Shown here one piece after another: positions 57,781 through 64,000 of a stretch of DNA of 64,000 bases. A program made the translations under genes and the position numbers. The DNA is from Macrostomum hystrix (Eukaryota; Animalia; Platyhelminthes). The stretch is from contig CATNEN010000029.1 in assembly GCA_950097015.1 (NCBI GenBank), positions 7,316,001 to 7,380,000 of the forward strand, in the 5' to 3' direction. Positions within the stretch are counted from its first letter, which is position 1. Every line of letters starts with the position of its first letter. A model generated the notes under the pieces. That model was not told where the DNA came from. It was given only the letters and a program-made list of their open reading frames with translations, and ran no database searches.

Positions 57781-59868
57781 GGACCTGAAAACAAATTGAA
57801 GTTTCTTTACGTAACAATTGTAACTCGTAAAGTCGTGATAAGCATTATCTCACCTGGAGTATTTAGATTTTTAATTATAGTAGGATTCGATACCGACGAG
57901 AAAATCTCCAATTTTTCTGGGGCGTAAATGTTTAAGATTCCGCTGCAGAAATCGTATGTAGCTCGTAGTTATATACATGTAGAGATTGCGCCGATCCAGC
58001 CCAAATCGATAATTGCTAGTCAGAAGAGACGTCTCGAATTAACCTTCTGCAAATCCGTGATCGGCTCATAAAAAGTCATCGATAAACGCATCATGCATTT
58101 TTTTAAATTTCGATTGTCAATGGCAAATTACTCGATCGCCAACAATAAAAAACTCGGATCGATTGTAATAAAAAACTAAGCGGCAGTAGAAGCTACGATA
58201 TCTTTTTTAATTTATACTTTATCCTATGAGGTACCAGAACTTTTTCAACGCTATACTTCTTCCGTTGATTCAACAGTATCAAAGCTCTTAGAGTTTTTCT
58301 ACAGTCTTATACAATCAAAGCCATTTGATATGGCCTTTAGGAGAGTGTATACGCTTGACTAGAGTGTAAACCTTTGCCAAACATCGACTATATTTCGATG
58401 GCTTCATTGTTACATTATTCGTATGAGAATTGAGAATTTCAAAGCCGTCATGCGTTTGTTTATCTGCTGCTGTGATCTTTTCTGGTTTAATTTTCCTATA
58501 TTTTCCTAGAATATTTTTTGTTATGTAACTCTTTTATAAATTCATGTCATTGCACACAACACAGAACACTAGACACATAATTTAGTACATACTCACGAGA
58601 CTTAGAGTCCACTGCAGTTTCTTATACCCTTTGATTTTTATAGACTCTCCTTTGTGCGTGAGCATGGCTCATGACGACTTCTGATAACGTTCAACTCGAC
58701 ATTTATTTTTTAACTTGTCTTTAATTTATCATTAAATCTGCTTACTGTCGTTAAACCCGTTTAATAATATTGTATTCTGTATTTGACTATGGTTGGTTGT
58801 GTCTCGTAAATGGAAGTTTTTGCTTGAATCGATTACAAAAATAATGTTAATGTAAATTGATCGTTGTTTTTGTTCCCCAGACTTTATTGCTTGCTAAACT
58901 CAATGAAAAAGTTCAAGCCAGATTATGCATACATCATCTATATAAACGCAATCATAGCCCTAGGTCAGGTATTTCAGAAAGGAAGACGAATTTAGTGTTT
59001 GTTTTTTTCTCCCGATCTGTCTCCGATCGACTCTGAAAATGGCTCTAGAGCCAGTTAGTAGTTTGTTCATCTTCCAATATAAAAATTACACCCTTCAGTT
59101 GCCCTGTTTCGGATATTGGGATTTTGGTATCCAAAATACAAAGTATACTAGTAGAAGATATGGAGACCGTTGGGAGACTAGCTGTGGCTTATCTGGCTAT
59201 ATATAAACCTTCTTCGGAGTTCTTGCCGAGAGTTTGCGAATCTCAGTCAATACTAATCAGCCCTAGCCCAATATCTCAGTCCGTGGACTGGAAAGCTGTA
59301 CGCAGCCTTTTTAATGCGCCGCTCAGTTGCTGCGGCTGTGCCATTGGCTGCATGCGTTTGTCACCAAGAGCTGGCTTAAGTGTATTCTTTGTATCTAAAA
59401 ATAGATCAACATTTTTGAATCGGATAGGCGAATTAATTATCGCAGCGTACGCATCAGATCCATGAGGCCCAAAATCCACGAGTCGTTTGTGTCGCTTAAC
59501 TGGGACCATTGATGCAAACCGCATAGCTGAAGGCCTTGCCTGCCGGTTTTTGATTCTATAACCCATTTGGCACGGCCACCTCACCCCGAAATGGCTAAAC
59601 CCATCGGCCTCGTGTTCAAATCACCTGACGGCGCAGCAGCAGCATCGAACTGTTAGACGAACTCTTCGACATCCGCAGATTAACCAGCAACCGCGCACAC
59701 GATGAATCTGCCTTTCTGCATGGTATCTAGGCCCCTGGCTGTTCAACCTAAGAAGCCTTGTGTATTTTACAATTTTATTGCTCGGTCGGGCAATCAATAT
59801 CACCATGCAGGCACCAAATTGCCGCAACATGGCACCGCGCGTGGTTCTAGCTGTGTCGGAAACCGGCA

Positions 59869-60085
59869 CTGTAATGTTAAAATATTTTACATTCATATCT
59901 GCACAATGAACGCTAAGAGAAAATGAGTTGAGATGACCTACATACGAAATAAATTTCTAGATTTAGAATAGAAAAAATCTGTAATGTTAAAATATTGTAC
60001 ATTCATATCTGCACAATGAACGCTAAGAGAAAATGAGTTGAGATGACCTACATACGAAATAAATTTCTATATTTAGAATAGATAA
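59869..60085. repeat. 110-bp tandem duplication
   Basis: CTGTAATGTTAAAATATT...TTTAGAATAGA at 59869 and again at 59979, with about two mismatches. Confidence 0.92.
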
Positions 60086-61134
60086 AAATATTTATTTAGA
60101 CATTTAGACTTTATTTAGACGAGACAATATTCTTTTTCTATACTATGACAATGATGTCTAAAAGGACAGATATCACAAAACTTTAATTTATCTAAAAAAT
60201 ATTTTCATAAACCTTGCAATATTCATGTCGGAATCAGTCGGAATTTGAGCTGTTTCGTTTCAATATAAATACATATAGAGTATTTTACGCTTACTTTGAT
60301 TTACTTTACGGCTTCTTTGAAACTTGTTTTCATTAGAAATGTACATTTACAATCTGCTTACTGTTGTCAAACTTATATAATCAAGTCGCGGACACATCTG
60401 CTTTGTTTTTTAGACAAATAGCGTTAAAAAGATAGTTTACTAAAGAAAGGAAAATTTCCATTTTAAGATTTAATAAATGTGCGCTACACTATAGACCTTC
60501 GTCTTATGGTATATGTTCCGTTTTAGATTTTTTCTTTTTTGGTTACGACTTACGAGTTAGGACAAAGGTCTAGTACTCTAGTTTTTAATGATATAAATGG
60601 AGCAGCTCTTTTAGTTTAGGTGGCACCAGAAATTTTCAGATAAATATTTTAATTGATGGTGCAGCTCTTTGATGATCAATGAAATATACTGTATTGTAAT
60701 TTTCTTTTCCAGTTCTATTATTGAGACAGCACCAGTCACCAAAGGAGTAATTTCAGTTAACATTAGCTAATATTATATTATTAAAGCTTAGTGTTCAATA
60801 TATAATAAAAACATATAAACATTTCCAATTCTAGATAAATATTCTGATTAATATGGACTAAAGTTGGTGTATAAAATAATTCTTCAATAATTTGTGCAAT
60901 AAAACTATAGTTTGCTTAGCAAAATCACTGGGGCCAAGATATTGTAAATATTTATTATTAGTGTATAGTTCTAGCTTAACTTGGTGTTTTGTAACATTCT
61001 TGTTCCCATTTTAGATTCTTAAAATATGACAAATAAATGTGACACACACCAAATATATATACAAAATCTAAGTTAGCTAGCTGAATTTGATGTCCTTTTT
61101 GTGCTAAAAGAATAAATTAACTTGTACACATAAG

Positions 61135-61825
61135 GGAAGTGCTTATTCCCACAGTCCCATGCCTGATAATTTCAATTTTATCCATATGGATCCATGCCGA
61201 TAATTTTCTGCTTATCCACACGGCAGCTTGTATGAATAGGTCTACTTTCAAGTCCCTACCTATTCTTCTCTGAGCATAAGGCTTTTGCTTCAGAGTATAG
61301 TGTATAGTGTACACTATCAATGCATAGTGTAAAAGAATAACAATGATTTATAGGCCTAATATGTGTGACGAGTTTGGTGCTGACTAGAATTCTGCTGGTT
61401 GACTCGTATGATTTTCTTTGATAGACTTTTTACTTTTTAAGTCAATACAATTTGAATTAAAACACGTAACAATGACAAATGATTTAGTAAGTTGTTATTA
61501 GGCCCTATAATAATTAAAAAGGATGACATTAATGTTGGTTAATGAATGTGTAGGTCAAATGTAGAAGAACACTGTTGTAACACACTGGCAACTTTGTCAA
61601 TCTATTGGCTCAAGGGTTCAGCAAAACGTTCAAACCTGAAAGGGCCTCGTTTCAAAGAACAGAACAGTGTGGATAAAATTGAAATTAACGGCACAGCATA
61701 TTTATATAAAGAGTTTTAGACCTATTCATACAAGCTGCCGTGTGGATAAGCAGAAAATTATCGGCATGGATCCGTGTGGATAAAATTGAAATTATCGGCA
61801 TGGGACCATGGGAATAAGCTCTGCC
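61135..61825. mobile_element. Non-autonomous Mutator-like (MULE) element, 691 bp, ~110-bp TIRs, 9-bp TSD
   Basis: TSD ACACATAAG at 61126-61134 and 61826-61834; TIRs 61135-61244 and 61717-61825 (GGMAGWGCTTATTCCC...). No ORF inside. Superfamily inferred from TSD length and long G-initiated TIRs. Confidence 0.8.
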
Positions 61826-62311
61826 ACACATAAGTTATATCTTATTGCAAACATTGAAATATTTTTATCATACCTAGATTTATAGTAAAAAACTATAGAT
61901 TATATTTTGTTATTTTTTTGCTTTACTAAAAGCAATTAATAGTAGTAAAATTACTAGAATACCTATTGAGTAGCTAAATAAAAACCTTGCTATTTTTCTC
62001 TTAAAGTGCCTAAGAGAAAAAAAAACCAAGAATCACTACGGTTAGGGCCTAGCAGTTATGATTGTTAATGAGATGAATTTGTGTTAAAATCCTTAATCGA
62101 AGCCGTCTTATATGTTAGTAAAACATATGTTAGTCTTATAAGTAAAAAAAATATTTAGTCATTTTTTCAAATTGAAGTTTGTTAAATTTTTAGCTAGTCA
62201 GTAAAGATTAAATCACATTTAAATGGCAAGCAAGGAAGGTAGAGTCGAATATAAATGGTCCATTTACTATCAAAATTTGCATAGAATAAGACTAGGTAAA
62301 AGTACTCGTAG

Positions 62312-62626
62312 ATGAAGCTGGCTACCTGTCGCCCTCAGCTTCACAGCTTGACATTGGCTCGGGCCTCTCTGCGCCGCCTGCTGCAGTGGAATGTTGCCGA
62401 CCAGAGCCAGAACACCAGCTTGGGCTTCAGTGGTGCGCATTCACCGCTGGATCTCGCAGTGGCCGCCAAGACCGACGCTTTCTTGGCCGAAGTGCCAGAC
62501 AGTGTGCCCGCAGCAACTAAAGCTTCTGTAGTATCCGAGACGCTGCTATACTGGCGTTATCTGCGAGCTGTTGCCGCAGGCATCGACTGGCTGGCTACCG
62601 CAGCCAAAGAAGACAGCGTCGATAAG
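62312..62626 (+). CDS. Putative coding exon of an unidentified gene continuing beyond the window
   Basis: GC-rich open frame among AT-rich DNA; TAG directly before the ATG; possible donor AAG|GTTGTG; followed by a minisatellite like other introns here. No family recognised. Confidence 0.45.
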
Positions 62627-62639
62627 GTTGTGATGCAGG

Positions 62640-64000
62640 GGAGAGTGACAAGCCATATAATTACGCGGGAGAGAATAGTGAAAAGCAATATACACGGTAG
62701 GGGTGCGTGATAAGCCATAGAATCACACAGGAGTGGAGAGAGACAAGCCATAGAATCACACAGGAGTGGAGAGTGACAAGCCATAGAATCACACACGAGT
62801 GGAGAGTGACAAGCCATAGAATCACACACGAGTGGAGAGTGACAAGCCATAGAATCACACAGGAGTGGAGAGTGACAAGCCATAGAATCGCACAGGAGTG
62901 GAGACTGACAAGCCATAGAATCACACAGGAGTGGAGAGTGACAAGCCATAGAATCACACAGGAGTGGAGAGTGACAGGCCATAGAATCACACAGGAGTGG
63001 AGAGTGACAGGCCATAGAATCACACAGGAGTGGAGAGTGACAAGCCATAGAATCGCACAGGAGTGGAGAGTGACGAGCCATAGAATCGCACAGGAGTGGA
63101 GAGTGACAAGCCATAGAATCGCACAGGAGTGGAAAGTGACAGGCCATAGAATCACACAGGAGTGGAGAGTGACAAGCCATAGAATCGCACAGGAGTGGAG
63201 ACTGACAAGCCATAGAATCACACAGGAGTGGAGAGTGACAAGCCATAGAATCACACAGGAGTGGAGAGTGACAGGCCATAGAATCACACAGGAGTGGAGA
63301 GTGACAGGCCATAGAATCACACAGGAGTGGAGAGTGACAAGCCATAGAATCGCACAGGAGTGGAGAGTGACGAGCCATAGAATCGCACAGGAGTGGAGAC
63401 TGACAAGCCATAGAATCGCACAGGAGTGGAAAGTGACAGGCCATAGAATCACACAGGAGTGGAGAGTGACAAGCCATAGAATCGCACAGGAGTGGAGAGT
63501 GACAAGCCATAGAATCACACAGGAGTGGAGAGTGACAAGGCATAGAATCGCACAGGAGTGGAGAGTGACAAGGCATAGAATCGCACAGGAGTGGAGAGTG
63601 ACATGCCATAGAATCGCACAGGAGTGGAGAGTGACAAGCCATAGAATCGCACAGGAGTGGAGAGTGACAAGCCATAGAATCGCACTGGAGTGGAGAGTGA
63701 CAAGCCATAGAATCACACAGGAGTGGAGAGTGACAAGGCATAGAATCACACAGGAGTGGAGAATGACAAGCCATAGAATCGCACAGGAGTGGAGAGTGAC
63801 AAGGCATAGAATCGCACAGGAGTGGAGAGTGACAAGGCATAGAATCGCACAGGAGTGGAGAGTGACATGCCATAGAATCGCACAGGAGTGGAGAGTGACA
63901 AGCCATAGAATCGCACAGGAGTGGAGAGTGACAAGCCATAGAATCGCACAGGAGTGGAGAGTGACAAGCCATAGAATCGCACTGGAGTGGAGAGTGACAA
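62640..64000. repeat. 33-bp minisatellite (GTGACAAGCCATAGAATCACACAGGAGTGGAGA), ~40 copies, runs off the window
   Basis: Near-perfect tandem array; produces the MACHSPLLCDS pseudo-ORF. Confidence 0.97.

Noticed and set aside
59623-59672. Minus-strand MSKSSSNSSMLLLRRQ|gtgatt resembling the UBE2G1 N-terminus (ALLLRRQL)
   Set aside because: No convincing downstream E2 exons between here and the iGluR start at 57780; match too short.
61135-61825. DnaA-box-like TTATCCACA / TGTGGATAA motifs
   Set aside because: They lie within transposon TIR subrepeats in animal DNA; there is no bacterial origin context.
62557-63972. 471-aa Cys/His-rich MACHSPLLCDS repeat ORF resembling a metal-binding protein
   Set aside because: Direct translation of the 33-bp array with no unique domain; nucleotide variants show no codon-position bias I could detect.

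Overview
Eukaryotic, intron-rich animal genomic DNA. GC-rich exons are separated by introns that mostly carry their own minisatellite; this style is most like a Macrostomum-type free-living flatworm (inference, not verified). Most long ORFs in the supplied track are repeat artefacts. Genes rebuilt by hand from splice sites and phase: the 3' part of an SMCR8-like DENN protein (+, 408-8990), a complete 11-exon SLC6 amino-acid transporter with non-canonical ion-site and gate residues (+, 14563-20545), an ANKRD46-like ankyrin/TM protein (+, 25981-27047), an intronless universal stress protein (-, 31972-32634), a 12-exon highly divergent ionotropic glutamate-receptor-family gene (-, 47883-57780; M3 gate AYTGDLTSAL, two apparent +1 frameshifts), and one orphan exon at 62312. 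Mobile DNA: a full-length, very young BEL/Pao LTR retrotransposon (apparently identical 332-bp LTRs, 5-bp TSD, one in-frame TAA in RT), two tRNA-derived SINE families, LOA/I-type LINE 3' ends, a Merlin transposase remnant, a fold-back element, and a MULE-like non-autonomous element with a 9-bp TSD. The most notable observations are the divergent iGluR/IR-like channel, the atypical SLC6, an intronic array of 13 perfect CRE palindromes, the one-minisatellite-per-intron architecture, and three TSD-flanked retroelement insertions sitting inside minisatellites. No prokaryotic features, rRNA, true tRNA genes or CRISPR arrays are supported.
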